Shown here piece by piece: positions 19,234-28,994 of a DNA stretch of 64,000 nt. Positions within the stretch are counted from its first letter, which is position 1. Every line of letters starts with the position of its first letter. The notes under the pieces were generated by a model, which saw nothing but the letters and a program-made list of their open reading frames with translations, made no database searches and had not been told where the DNA came from. Made by a program: the position numbers and the translations under genes. This DNA is from an uncultured Rhodothermaceae bacterium (lineage in GTDB: Bacteria; Bacteroidota; Rhodothermia; Rhodothermales; Bin80), in contig CAZCYQ010000012.1 of the NCBI GenBank assembly GCA_964503085.1, positions 2,821-66,820 of the forward strand. The letters are read 5' to 3'.

Positions 19234-19955
19234 TCACTTATTTGCGTGCGTACTCGGATAGCTTCTTCCGGTGAAGCTCTTAAGTGTCGCTGATGAAAAA
19301 AAGCGACGGTGGACACAAGATATGCGTGTTCCGAGCGAAGCGGAGCACTGATTCCGAGTTAAGTGGGGCACCGTACAAGCCGGTATTTTGGGGCGTTTAT
19401 GCAAATGACACGAGTAAGTCGGGGACGGATTTGTTAGAAGGGCAAGTACGCGCTCACTGACTGGATCCCGGACGATGATCGTGGTCTGGGAGATCTTCCA
19501 GTCCAAGGTGGTCATACTATCGGGTCCTTCAAGCGCATGGTGTTTGATGGCGCCGACCAGCCCCTCGGCATGGGAATTGCAAACACAAACGCGGATGTCC
19601 CATTCAGACATGCCGTTTCGGGCATCTCAAGGCAAGGAGGCTATTGTCTATTCCCCCTTCCGCTATCTCGATCAGCTGGTGACTTCCACTTGTCGCGGGC
19701 AGGCTGGGATGCGTCTCTACAACAAATGTCGGCCTCAGATGAGGGAGGCCATTAGCGCCAGTATCTTCCTCCGCCAGCAATCAAAATCAGTCGACTCTCA
19801 TCATCTGCAAAGTCCGCATCCTCCCCCGCAATCATCGTCATTTTCTGTAGCTCGCTCCAGTTTGTTGGCGTAAATGCCAGCAAGGTCTTGTCCAGGCTGG
19901 GGCCCGCCCAATCGTGCCTCATAATGGTCACGTACCCTCTGTGCAAAGCATCCAA
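19234..19955 (-). pseudogene. Possible decayed DDE transposase remnant (IS5/IS1182-like C-terminal signature)
   Basis: There are only short ORFs in mixed frames. One reads ...CNSHAEGLVGAIKHHALEG...VSERVLALLTN, which resembles the E-x3-G-x-[IL]-K tail of DDE_Tnp_1-type transposases. The evidence is weak. Confidence 0.25.
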
Positions 19956-20096
19956 CTCCGGAAAGTCAAATTTGAGTAGTCAGAGCGGGTCGGCATTCGC
20001 GTACTTACACCCGACTGAAAACTCGGTCACGCGACAAGACACGGACCTCGGTAGTTCAATGAAACTGAGGACCACCTTTTTGTAAGGTCACGCAAA

Positions 20097-20888
20097 TCAG
20101 CGCAGGTTAAATACGATCGCGACGGACATTCTCACCGGTACGGTACGCCCGCTCTGACGACCGGGAATAAATTTCGCCTCCTCCACTATCATTCTGGTAG
20201 CCTCTTCGTCGAGTCCGGCACCAGCTCCACGAAGGATCTCGGGGTCACGCGCATTGCCATTTTCGTCTACGACGAACTGCACAACAACACGGCCTTCAAC
20301 GTTGGCCTTTCGGGCGATCTCCGGGTATTTCATCTTGGTATGGAGTCCACTAACGCCACCAATCAACTCCGGCATCTGTTCAACGATCACATAATCATTC
20401 TGCTTCTCTGATGATTGTGATTGTTCGGATAGGGACTTAGACTCATCGTCCAACTTAAATTCAATCGGAATGGAGAGTTTTACTGCAACGGGTTTACCGT
20501 CTTGGCGTCCAGGAATAAATTCTGCGTGCTCAGAGATGACTCGGGTAGCCTCTTCGTCGAGTCCGGCACCAGCTCCACGAAGGACCTCGGTGTCACGAAC
20601 GTTGCCATTTTTATCTACGGTGAGCCGCACAATGACACGGCCTTCAATGTTGGCCTTTCGCGCAATCTCTGGATACTTAATCTTGGCTTGGAGGCCACTA
20701 AGGCCGCCAATTAGCTCTGGATCTTGTTCGACGATTGCATAGACCTCGGACTCGTGTTCTGAGCCTGAATTCCATATCGAAATCAGTAGAAAGAGTGAAC
20801 CAAGAAGGAGCGCAGCAATCAGGCCAATTACTGCAGAGAAGGGGCGATTGCTCGGCAGGTCGTCTTCGAAGGATTCTTGTCGTGCCAT
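20097..20888 (-). CDS. Membrane-anchored protein with two tandem TonB C-terminal domains
   Basis: 263 aa with an N-terminal TM segment. YPEIARKANIEGRVIVRLTVDKNGNV...FIPGRQDGKPVAV is followed by a second copy, YPEIARKANVEGRVVVQFVVDENGNA...FIPGRQSGRTVPV. Confidence 0.8.
   Translation of the reverse strand: MARQESFEDDLPSNRPFSAVIGLIAALLLGSLFLLISIWNSGSEHESEVYAIVEQDPELIGGLSGLQAKIKYPEIARKANIEGRVIVRLTVDKNGNVRDTEVLRGAGAGLDEEATRVISEHAEFIPGRQDGKPVAVKLSIPIEFKLDDESKSLSEQSQSSEKQNDYVIVEQMPELIGGVSGLHTKMKYPEIARKANVEGRVVVQFVVDENGNARDPEILRGAGAGLDEEATRMIVEEAKFIPGRQSGRTVPVRMSVAIVFNLR
20196..20236. repeat. 41-nt segment identical to 20544-20584 (intragenic TonB_C duplication)
   Basis: GGTAGCCTCTTCGTCGAGTCCGGCACCAGCTCCACGAAGGA was read at both positions. 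Confidence 0.85.
20544..20584. repeat. 41-nt segment identical to 20196-20236
   Basis: It has the same sequence as the partner copy. Confidence 0.85.
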
Positions 20889-21185
20889 AGTTAAAAGTCC
20901 GAATCAGTTGAATGGGGGTTAAAGCGAACACCGAAGACTGGCAACACGTGATGTTGTGTAGTGAAGAAACTGGCTCAGGAAATTCACTTTCAGTTGACGA
21001 GTGCAGCATTTTCGGCCTCCGCTAGCAACATCCAAACAATTATCGTGCCAGGAGATTTTCTACTTTGTAAAATGAGAAACTCACACTTAACTTTTTGCGC
21101 TCTCAAGACAAATCGGAGCCGAGTATCCGGTTCAGGATACTGAAGCACGTAACTGGTTCAACTTTTACGGGCGAATGCTCTACGG

Positions 21186-21610
21186 TTGGCGATTCAGGAA
21201 AGCAAGTCCCAAATCCTCAAAGCAGCCCAAGACGGCCACATGAGTTTCAAGGGATCTAATCAATCAGTGGACTAGCGTGATGCCATGTACCGTTCACGGT
21301 ACGCGTGAACAACGCCCAGGAACTCTTGATGCTGCTGGTATTCACGGTGCCTCGTGACAGTTTTTCCCGGTTGTGATTGACGCAATCATGCGTAGGCAGA
21401 TAATTGCTGTTGATTCTGGAGCAGGCTCGAATCCGTTGGTCATGCACGGTGGTCTTGGTTACTGCTTAGTCTACCCGACATTCCACGGGTTCCCACAAGT
21501 TGAGGCGCACGCGTCCCGCATCCGAAGACCGCCTTGTTGATCTCCGGCAAGAGCTATTAAGCGAACTTGGAACGAATTCCAAAGATGCGTGACACTCAAT
21601 CTCTACGTCG
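21186..21610 (-). pseudogene. IS1595-family (ISXO2-like) transposase remnant, frameshifted with the catalytic residue lost
   Basis: ORF 21256-21447 reads ...THDCVNHNREKLSRGTVNTSSIKSSWALFTRTVNGTWHHAS. This compares with the family pattern H..VNH....v.G.vHTNtIEgfWslLKR...GtYHhvS, and the expected E is K here. The next frame continues SLETHVAVLGCFEDLGLAFLNRQP, compared with khL..YL.EF.FRyN.R. An upstream frame has DVEIEC, compared with vEiDEt. Confidence 0.45.
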
Positions 21611-21624
21611 TAGGGTCGCGCAGA

Positions 21625-22290
21625 TCAACGCAACTTGAATACGATCCGGAGAGACATCCTCACTGGCACGGCACGCCCGCGCTGACGTCCGGGAATAAAT
21701 TTCGCCTCTTCCATGATGACCCTCATAGCTTCCTCGTCACATCCACCACCAATGCCACGAAGGACCGTGGGCTCACGCACATTGCCATTTTCGTCAACGA
21801 TGAACTGAACAATCACGGCACCTTCAACATTGGCCTTACGGGCGATCTCTGGATACCTCGCTTTGGACTGGAGTAAGCCAATACCCCCAATCAATTCTGG
21901 ATCTTGTTCAACAATTGTGAAAAATTCTGGTTCTTCCTCGAACTCTTCCTCTTCCGGCGGTGGTGGTGGAGGAGGCACGTTGATCGGAGCATCCAAGTCT
22001 AGTGAGGCATCAAGATCCAGGTCGTCATCATCAAGGATCTCATCGTTTGGAACCTCTACAGGCACCGGTGGGCGTGGTGGTGGAGGTGGTTTTTGGATTT
22101 GCTCTGTCTGCAGAATTTCTTCCATCTGGACGACCTCCTGCGCAACCTGCTCAATCTCCATAGCATCTCCACGTTCCAGATTTGCATTGAATGCCAAAAT
22201 CAGCAGGAGGAGTGAAGCGATCATGCCAACCTGTACAAAGAAACCATATGTCCTTTTCAGATCGGCTTTGGGGGATTTACGCAATGCCAT
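21625..22290 (-). CDS. tonB: Energy transducer TonB
   Basis: 221 aa with an N-terminal TM anchor. Pro-rich spacer KPPPPPRPPVPVEVP...PPPPPPPEEEE and C-terminal YPEIARKANVEGAVIVQFIVDENGNV...FIPGRQRGRAVPV. Confidence 0.85.
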   Translation of the reverse strand: MALRKSPKADLKRTYGFFVQVGMIASLLLLILAFNANLERGDAMEIEQVAQEVVQMEEILQTEQIQKPPPPPRPPVPVEVPNDEILDDDDLDLDASLDLDAPINVPPPPPPPEEEEFEEEPEFFTIVEQDPELIGGIGLLQSKARYPEIARKANVEGAVIVQFIVDENGNVREPTVLRGIGGGCDEEAMRVIMEEAKFIPGRQRGRAVPVRMSLRIVFKLR

Positions 22291-22381
22291 GAGTTTTTGT
22301 TTTTGGGTTACCGGATGCGGAATTTAAGACAAAAATCGAAAACATGTAACACATGATCCTCGTAAGTGAAGGCATCAGACG

Positions 22382-23992
22382 TCATAATGTTTCCCTCAGT
22401 AACGAATTCAGCGTGTTAGAGATTCCGTCAATCATATCTCCAGCAATCATCGTGCCGGGGTTGTTTTTTTCAGCATATTGATCTGCGGTCTTTCCGCCAA
22501 TATGTGTGGCACAGACTGCTGCTGTTGATGAATTGCAGCCTTGGGCAAGCAAGCCGCCGCATAAGCCGGACAATACATCTCCCGTTCCAGCTGTAGCGAG
22601 CGCAGGATTACCGCTGCTGCACACCACGGCCCGCTCCCTGCCGAGGCCGATGATGCTGGGGAATCCTTTGAGTATCAGCGTACAGTTCCAGTTTGATGCC
22701 CACTCGCGCGCCAGATGAAGTCGGTCAAGGCTGAGTTCCTTGTTTTTGGTCATACGCTTAAATTCGCCTGTGTGAGGTGTGAGGATCCAGTTTCGGGGCT
22801 CACCGTGAGTTTTTAGGAACTCAGCAGCCGTGGACAATGCATCTGCGTCCACAACAATAGGAATAGAGCATTCCTGCAGCAACGCATGAACGAACTGCTG
22901 TGTGTTGGGATTTCGGCCTAGACCAGGGCCAATAATTAATGCGTTTGCCTTAGCAAGCCATGGCCGTAGGGTAAGCATTGCGGCCTCGGTTTTAATTCCA
23001 CCGTCGGAGCATTCGCTCAAACCGATTGCCGGAATTTCGGTCATTGCCCCTGCCAGAATAGGCTGAATGCTCTGTGGCACAGCACAGGCTACATAACCTG
23101 CTCCGACGCGTGCAGCGGCGCGTGCAGACAACATAGGGGCCCCGGACAACCCCGGGGATCCACCAATCACGAGAACCATTCCGGCACTGTATTTATGTGC
23201 CTGCGGATCTCGTCTGGGAATGGCAGAGGAGATCGCCTCGTCGGTAGAAATCCAATCCACTGGGGGCACTGCATCATGGGCCAAAAATGACGGAGGAATG
23301 CCGATGTGGACAACGCTCACGTGGCCCGTGTAGGCCGGTCCCTGTCCCAAGAAAAATCCCGGCTTATGCGAATTGAATGTCACCGTTAGATCCGCACGTA
23401 CTGCTGTCCCATGCGGTAACCCCAAATCGGCATCCAGTCCCGATGGGATATCCAACGCAATCACAGGCGAATCTGTGGCATTCAGTCGCTCAACCAGTTC
23501 AGCAGCCGTGCCTTTCAGTGGGCGGTTGATCCCTATTCCGAAGAGAGCGTCAATGTATAGGTCTGCTGAGCGAGGTCCATCGTGGGTATCAGGATTAAGC
23601 TGCAGCCGGCCCGATTGATCGGTAGATTGCAACTTTTGGAGCAAAAGCAGGTGATTTATTGCCTCGGGACTGGCGGGGGGCTTCAAAGAAATGACAGATA
23701 CATGCGCTCCCCGGTTAAACAGTATGCGTGCAACAACATAACCATCTCCCCCGTTGTTGCCGCTGCCGCAGTATACAACCACCTTGCGCCCGCGCATTGG
23801 GCCGTACCTATGCTCAATGATCAACCCGGCCCCCCGTCCTGCATTTTCCATTAGTGTAAACGGGGGTATTCCAAACTCTTCAATGGTAAGATTATCAAGT
23901 ACTTTCTGTCCCTCGGCGCGCACGAGCGGAAGAAATCCTGCACGCAGCGGGTCGGCATCAAGAACAGACTTGTTATCTGGTTGCGATTTCAT
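22382..23992 (-). CDS. nnr: Bifunctional NAD(P)H-hydrate repair enzyme (epimerase plus ADP-dependent dehydratase)
   Basis: 536 aa. YjeF N-terminal domain motif CGSGNNGGDGYVVAR and C-terminal carbohydrate-kinase motif ATAGTGDVLSG. Confidence 0.85.
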   Translation of the reverse strand: MKSQPDNKSVLDADPLRAGFLPLVRAEGQKVLDNLTIEEFGIPPFTLMENAGRGAGLIIEHRYGPMRGRKVVVYCGSGNNGGDGYVVARILFNRGAHVSVISLKPPASPEAINHLLLLQKLQSTDQSGRLQLNPDTHDGPRSADLYIDALFGIGINRPLKGTAAELVERLNATDSPVIALDIPSGLDADLGLPHGTAVRADLTVTFNSHKPGFFLGQGPAYTGHVSVVHIGIPPSFLAHDAVPPVDWISTDEAISSAIPRRDPQAHKYSAGMVLVIGGSPGLSGAPMLSARAAARVGAGYVACAVPQSIQPILAGAMTEIPAIGLSECSDGGIKTEAAMLTLRPWLAKANALIIGPGLGRNPNTQQFVHALLQECSIPIVVDADALSTAAEFLKTHGEPRNWILTPHTGEFKRMTKNKELSLDRLHLAREWASNWNCTLILKGFPSIIGLGRERAVVCSSGNPALATAGTGDVLSGLCGGLLAQGCNSSTAAVCATHIGGKTADQYAEKNNPGTMIAGDMIDGISNTLNSLLRETL

Positions 23993-24001
23993 CTTTTAGA
24001 T

Positions 24002-25660
24002 CTACCGATCAGAGAATGATACAGAACTCACGGACGAAGTGCCGATACGGAGTGTATCTCCCAAAACAGTATCCCAGCGCGGGCGTATCGCGATAGGCTC
24101 TGGCATCCAGGTAATGGGTTCAGGGGGCCTGTAGGGATGGATCATGCCACCATCCCAGTGGCCATTTCGATTACGATCAATGAAAGCGCGCAATTGGTAG
24201 GTGTTTTGCGGAAGATTGCCAAACGTGAATGCGCCGGTTGAGTCTGGGTGAGTGGTCGAAATCACCAGACCATTTGAATCCGTAAGTACAACTATAATGC
24301 TGTCTCCAGATGGAGTTGCAATACCACTAAAGCTTCCGAGTGCGCGAGGTCCCAGCCGTTTGAAGTGTTGCACCCGGATACTGTCTGGATCCAGCACGGC
24401 GATGCGATAAACCTGTGTTGGGTCATCCAAAGATAGTAGGTTGTAACTCGTTCCATTGGAAGATGGGCTTTCGAAGCTTACAGGCGTTCCGGTTGAATCC
24501 TGAACAGTCACCAGACTGTCCAGAGTCGGTAGGGTAAGCGGCCGATTAAAGACTATCGTTGGTGTTTCCCAAGGTGCTAATTCATATGGATCTTCCGTAC
24601 CGGTTGGCAGAAACCGTTCGAAACGAGGTTCAATTTGCTGCATGCCCATACTCCCAGTAAAATAGATGGTCTCTACATACACAGCATTGTCGCTTGAATC
24701 CTGCACCGCAGCGTCTGGAAGAAGCGCATAGGAGCGTTCTTGGAGTACATCAGTCATCAGATAGATCACGCGCGCATTCGCTTCTCGTTGATAACTGGAA
24801 TGCACGGTAACGGGCGTGTTATCAACCGAATCTGTGATCGCCCAAGATTCGCCCGCCAGATCAGACAGAATTACATTTTCGCTAAATCGGACTTCAACCA
24901 GTCTGTTTGAAGTGGCACGAACTCGTTCTATGACGGGTCCTAGCGTGTCCACTTTTGTGTACACCCAGTCCAGATATTGTTCAATTGTATCAGGAGTGGC
25001 CCTGATCAATGGGGTTGGAGGAACGGCAAACCATTCGCCATCATCTGCACTATAGTTACGGTTGACGTCCCGTAGGCCCAAGATGAAAAAATCAGACTCA
25101 CGCACATTTCCGAGTTCAAACAGTCCTTCAGCATCAGTTTGTGTCTGGTATGCCGGTATGCCATTTACTTCCTCACCGGGGTTGAAGACAAGAATTGGTA
25201 GACCGGTGACGGGTTTGCCTTCTATGGGATCAATCACTCGGCCGTACAATCTTCCCTGATCAATCACGGGCCCGGTGGCAAATGCATAGGATAGTGGACG
25301 CGTGAGCCGAACCCCCTGCCAGTCTCTAAACTCATCGTTGAGTGTCACAACGTACGTGGTAGAGTCGCGCAGTGGTTCGGAAAATTGTATAGTTACCGAT
25401 CTTTTACGCCACCTGAAACGCAAACGGCTTTGAGGTGCTGGGGTGATAGATAATGCACGTGCAAAGGAAGCCTGATTCACATACTCTGAAAAAGTCAATT
25501 TCAGCTGGGTTGTAGGAGGCACTTCAACTGATTCGTGTGCGGGTTCTGCAGATACGAGTTGAGGTGGAGTCTCATCGCGCGGTCCCCCTGTCGGAGGACG
25601 AGGATCTGCGCAACCGCAGACCAGAATCAGTCCTAGCAGTACGATACTACGGGTCAACAC
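24002..25660 (-). CDS. Ig-like (SbsA/Big_5-type) domain lipoprotein
   Basis: 552 aa. Lipobox LILVCGCAD, followed by DETPPQLVSAEPAHESVEVP, typical of SbsA_Ig N-terminal domains. The protein is beta-rich throughout. Confidence 0.6.
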   Translation of the reverse strand: MLTRSIVLLGLILVCGCADPRPPTGGPRDETPPQLVSAEPAHESVEVPPTTQLKLTFSEYVNQASFARALSITPAPQSRLRFRWRKRSVTIQFSEPLRDSTTYVVTLNDEFRDWQGVRLTRPLSYAFATGPVIDQGRLYGRVIDPIEGKPVTGLPILVFNPGEEVNGIPAYQTQTDAEGLFELGNVRESDFFILGLRDVNRNYSADDGEWFAVPPTPLIRATPDTIEQYLDWVYTKVDTLGPVIERVRATSNRLVEVRFSENVILSDLAGESWAITDSVDNTPVTVHSSYQREANARVIYLMTDVLQERSYALLPDAAVQDSSDNAVYVETIYFTGSMGMQQIEPRFERFLPTGTEDPYELAPWETPTIVFNRPLTLPTLDSLVTVQDSTGTPVSFESPSSNGTSYNLLSLDDPTQVYRIAVLDPDSIRVQHFKRLGPRALGSFSGIATPSGDSIIVVLTDSNGLVISTTHPDSTGAFTFGNLPQNTYQLRAFIDRNRNGHWDGGMIHPYRPPEPITWMPEPIAIRPRWDTVLGDTLRIGTSSVSSVSFSDR

Positions 25661-26252
25661 GGTTGCTTCTCAGATTGAAAAACAGAAATGCGGCCAAGCC
25701 TGTCGCAGCGGCCAATATGACAGGTTCCAGATAGCGGCGAATCCAGTTATTCGGGGGGAGTTCTGCTTGAGTTTCCGGGTGGGCAGGCGACTCAAGCTGA
25801 TCGACGATGTTCCTTGGAATCCTGTCCGAGAAGACTCGTTGGCAGGAGTCATGTACAAGGAACTCTCCGTCCTTTCCCAAGAATGAGTAACGAAGATCCA
25901 GTTCTGCCGAACGGGAAAGCATTTTGCGGCCTGCATGCGTGTAGGTTATGGTGGCTCTGGATATTTCCCAAGAGAGTGAATAGTAAGGCTTTGATGTTCG
26001 GAGAGAGTCGGTGGAATAGAGCTCAATACCCTGTTGCTGCCAATGTTGAATCAGTGCACTCGTCAAGTAGGGGAGGGTTGGGGGGGGAACTAAGGTCAGG
26101 GAGTCTGCCGCATGGGGGACATCTCCCAAACAGTCAAGGCCCAGATTCTCGAATACCTGCGCGTTTGTAGTCAACTCCTGTGCGGATGACACAAGTACAG
26201 GAAACAAGCTCCAGCAGCCAGCAACCAGCAACCCGGCGATATTTCTCATCAA
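25647..26252 (-). CDS. Hypothetical exported protein with a C-terminal TM anchor
   Basis: 201 aa with a signal peptide and C-terminal helix EPVILAAATGLAAFLFFNL. I recognise no motif. Confidence 0.45.
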   Translation of the reverse strand: MMRNIAGLLVAGCWSLFPVLVSSAQELTTNAQVFENLGLDCLGDVPHAADSLTLVPPPTLPYLTSALIQHWQQQGIELYSTDSLRTSKPYYSLSWEISRATITYTHAGRKMLSRSAELDLRYSFLGKDGEFLVHDSCQRVFSDRIPRNIVDQLESPAHPETQAELPPNNWIRRYLEPVILAAATGLAAFLFFNLRSNRVDP

Positions 26253-26747
26253 TCAATGTTTACGCAATTCAGAAACTAAATGTCGGGCCTCGGGGAGTAT
26301 TAATTTTTCCATTGCCAACGTAACGGCTTTTGGAGAGCCTGGAAGGGAAAAAATGATTAAACCGCCGTATATCCCGGCAATCGCTCGGGAGAGCATGGCC
26401 CTACTGCCGACCTGTTCCCAGGAAAGCAGGCGGAAAAGTTCGCCGAAGCCCGGCAATGTTCTGTCCAGCAGTGCACTTACCGCTTCATAAGTTTGATCTC
26501 TGCGACTTATGCCCGTTCCACCGCTTAGGCATAACACATCTGCTGACCCGGATTGTGCACGAATGACCTCCTTTATTATAATCGGTTCATCCGGTACGAT
26601 TGATTGTGAGGTAATCTCGTGGCCATTGTCTGCGATCAGGTTTGCCATATGGAGGCCACTTACGTCTGTAGCTTTCGTTCGTGTGTCGCTGACTGTAATC
26701 AGTGCGAACCGCAATATGGCCGGTGCATTGGATTCGTGACAACTCAT
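26253..26747 (-). CDS. moaB: Molybdenum cofactor biosynthesis protein B (MoaB/MogA family)
   Basis: 164 aa. Motifs ITVSDTR, LCLSGGTGISRRDQTYEAV and LPGSPKA. Confidence 0.8.
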   Translation of the reverse strand: MSCHESNAPAILRFALITVSDTRTKATDVSGLHMANLIADNGHEITSQSIVPDEPIIIKEVIRAQSGSADVLCLSGGTGISRRDQTYEAVSALLDRTLPGFGELFRLLSWEQVGSRAMLSRAIAGIYGGLIIFSLPGSPKAVTLAMEKLILPEARHLVSELRKH

Positions 26748-26986
26748 TGGTCCACAGTAGTATGTTCACCGAACCATCTCGGGGGGTCGTACCCGTGTTT
26801 TGCCCACGGATTGCATCGCATTAGGCGCCAGATACCCAATACTACCCCTTTAAGTATTCCATACCGGTTAATGGCCTGAAGGGCATAGTTTGAGCATGAA
26901 GGCGTGTAGCGGCATGCATTGGGCAGATGCGGAGCGATCATCAACTGGTAAGCCCGTATCGGCAAGATGAATAACTTTCGCAGCAT
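26744..26986 (-). CDS. yidD: Membrane protein insertion efficiency factor YidD
   Basis: 80 aa. Motif IRAYQLMIAPHLPNACRYTPSCSNYALQAINRYG...RCNPW. Confidence 0.9.
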   Translation of the reverse strand: MLRKLFILPIRAYQLMIAPHLPNACRYTPSCSNYALQAINRYGILKGVVLGIWRLMRCNPWAKHGYDPPRWFGEHTTVDQ

Positions 26987-27056
26987 GTACTGGTATTAAT
27001 AGTGATGTAAGGACTGCCAATCCTACATCTCTTTTACATAAAGGTCCCCACAGACA

Positions 27057-27413
27057 ATGAAGATCCAAAAAAAAGACAAACTTTTAACCGCAAAGATGGC
27101 CGATGCGGTATTTGCCAAAGATGGTCTAATACCAGCCGTTGTTCAGGATGTAAGCACACATGAGGTGCTGATGGTTGCTTATATGAATCGGGCCACATTG
27201 GCGCAAACGATCGAAACGGGTACGATGACGTATTGGAGTCGATCACGGGAGTGTGTCTGGGTCAAAGGACAAACAAGCGGTCACTTCCAAAGAGTAAGAT
27301 CCGTAAGATTAGATTGCGATGGAGACGCGCTGCTGTTTGAAGTGGAGCAGGAAGGTAGTGGGGCATGTCACACTGGGGCTAGAACATGTTTTTACCGGAA
27401 ACTGGAAGGATGA
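27057..27413 (+). CDS. hisI: Phosphoribosyl-AMP cyclohydrolase (monofunctional HisI)
   Basis: 118 aa. Motifs [28 protein letters not shown] and [22 protein letters not shown]. Confidence 0.85.
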   Translation: MKIQKKDKLLTAKMADAVFAKDGLIPAVVQDVSTHEVLMVAYMNRATLAQTIETGTMTYWSRSRECVWVKGQTSGHFQRVRSVRLDCDGDALLFEVEQEGSGACHTGARTCFYRKLEG

Positions 27414-27589
27414 AGCGCATCAATTGATGGGTACCCCTGGAGGAGTATATCAGTGACAGTACCGGATGTCGGCATTTTGCATGATTTACTTTGCGTCTAC
27501 AGTGCATGGTGGTTTGGTTATTCACGTTACGTTACGACAGGTGAATTTTTGATATTATTTTCCACCGTCTTCCCAGCAGGATTCGGCCG

Positions 27590-28336
27590 ATGAGTCTGTG
27601 GCGGAATATCATTCTTGTTCTACCCGTGGCTATGATATTTGGCTGTATGGCGGCCGATCAGACGCTTGAACCTGACTGGATAGTTGATCAGGCGGACGTG
27701 TTGGAGACAGAAGCGGAGTATGCACTGATGGATATGCTTTCGGGTTTTTACGACAGCACATCGGTTGCACTCGTGGGAGTAACCGTGGAATCCCTGCAGC
27801 AGCAGTCCATAGAGGCGTACACGGAGGCATTATATACCTCATGGGAACTGGGTGCACCAGAAACCAATAATGGCATTATGGTTCTCCTTGCACCGATGGA
27901 GCGATTAGTTCATATTACGGTAGGTAACGGTGTAGCATGGGAGCTGCCCGCCCAGGTACTGGATTCGATCAAAGTAGAGATGGCGAAATTTTTTGGTGAG
28001 GGAGAGTATCAAGAGGGACTTGAGTCGGGATTCAGGTCACTAATGACTCGAGCTGGTGCGCTGACCTGGAGTGTTGACTATACGAGCATTTCCGATGTGC
28101 AGGCAGATTCATCGCGCAGTGTGGGGCGTATCCTGATGACGGACTGTGTCATTACGGGTTTTGAAGAGGACCTGGTGGTGGCCATGGACGACGAAGGCAA
28201 TGAAATTCGATTAATGGTGTCCATGGATGTTCCGATGCTGTCCGTGGAAGATGTAATAGGTATTAGTGGTCGTATTACGCGGACCGCGCCGCTGTACGCA
28301 CAAGTATTGAATCTGAGTATAGATTTCCCCTTTTGA
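27590..28336 (+). CDS. TPM-domain (YgcG-like) exported protein with an extra C-terminal domain
   Basis: 248 aa. Lipoprotein-like N-terminus MIFGCMA, and DQADVLETEAEYALMDML...NNGIMVLLAPMERLVHITVGNG, typical of the TPM phosphatase fold. Confidence 0.6.
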   Translation: MSLWRNIILVLPVAMIFGCMAADQTLEPDWIVDQADVLETEAEYALMDMLSGFYDSTSVALVGVTVESLQQQSIEAYTEALYTSWELGAPETNNGIMVLLAPMERLVHITVGNGVAWELPAQVLDSIKVEMAKFFGEGEYQEGLESGFRSLMTRAGALTWSVDYTSISDVQADSSRSVGRILMTDCVITGFEEDLVVAMDDEGNEIRLMVSMDVPMLSVEDVIGISGRITRTAPLYAQVLNLSIDFPF

Positions 28337-28550
28337 AAACTCGAGACGCGAGACAGGAGAAATACAGCGGTTCAATTGAAGTCCGTGTGGATTGATTTCT
28401 TAGGTTTACCGGATATGAGCATAGATGGATGGAGTTGTTAGCATAAAAGGAATATGAAATGTGCAAGTTTTTCACTATATTCTGACCTTATGCACGCGGA
28501 CTGTGCAGCAGTCTCCGCAATTAACCGTAAACCACAAGCACAACTTAAAA

Positions 28551-28778
28551 ATGGCAACAACAGAACAGCGCTTTCAATCTCTCTTGGAGCAGCACCTTGG
28601 TATAAGTGACCCAGATGCAATAAACTCCAGTGCCGCGGATCTCGGGATTAACTCAGTAGATGCCGTGTCCTTCCTGAAGGAAGTTTGTAAGGAGTTTAAT
28701 GTTAACATCTCGCCCGACGATGCTGTAAAACTTGGGAGCATGCGGGCGGTTGTCAGCCATATTGAAGCAGCTGGATAG
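28551..28778 (+). CDS. Stand-alone acyl/peptidyl carrier protein
   Basis: 75 aa from ATG 28551 (the track opens at 28461). It has a four-helix-type sequence with attachment motif DLGINSVDAVSF; Ser35 is at nt 28653-28655. Confidence 0.7.
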   Translation: MATTEQRFQSLLEQHLGISDPDAINSSAADLGINSVDAVSFLKEVCKEFNVNISPDDAVKLGSMRAVVSHIEAAG

Positions 28779-28994
28779 CCCCGGTTGGTGAGTAGGTCTT
28801 ATTGTCGTGGGTTTCTCTTTGGTGATCCTCCAAAGGGCCGAGGGGGTCCATTATTGCTTGGCTACTGTCAGGGATGTCAGGTTGCCCTATTGGGGTGTCT
28901 GGTAAGGCCGTGTGCTGTTCGTATGGTGTACGAAGAGCCGGGGAGGTGCGCATGAGGTACCGCTCATTGGATTCCTGAATCACTTTATCGAAGA

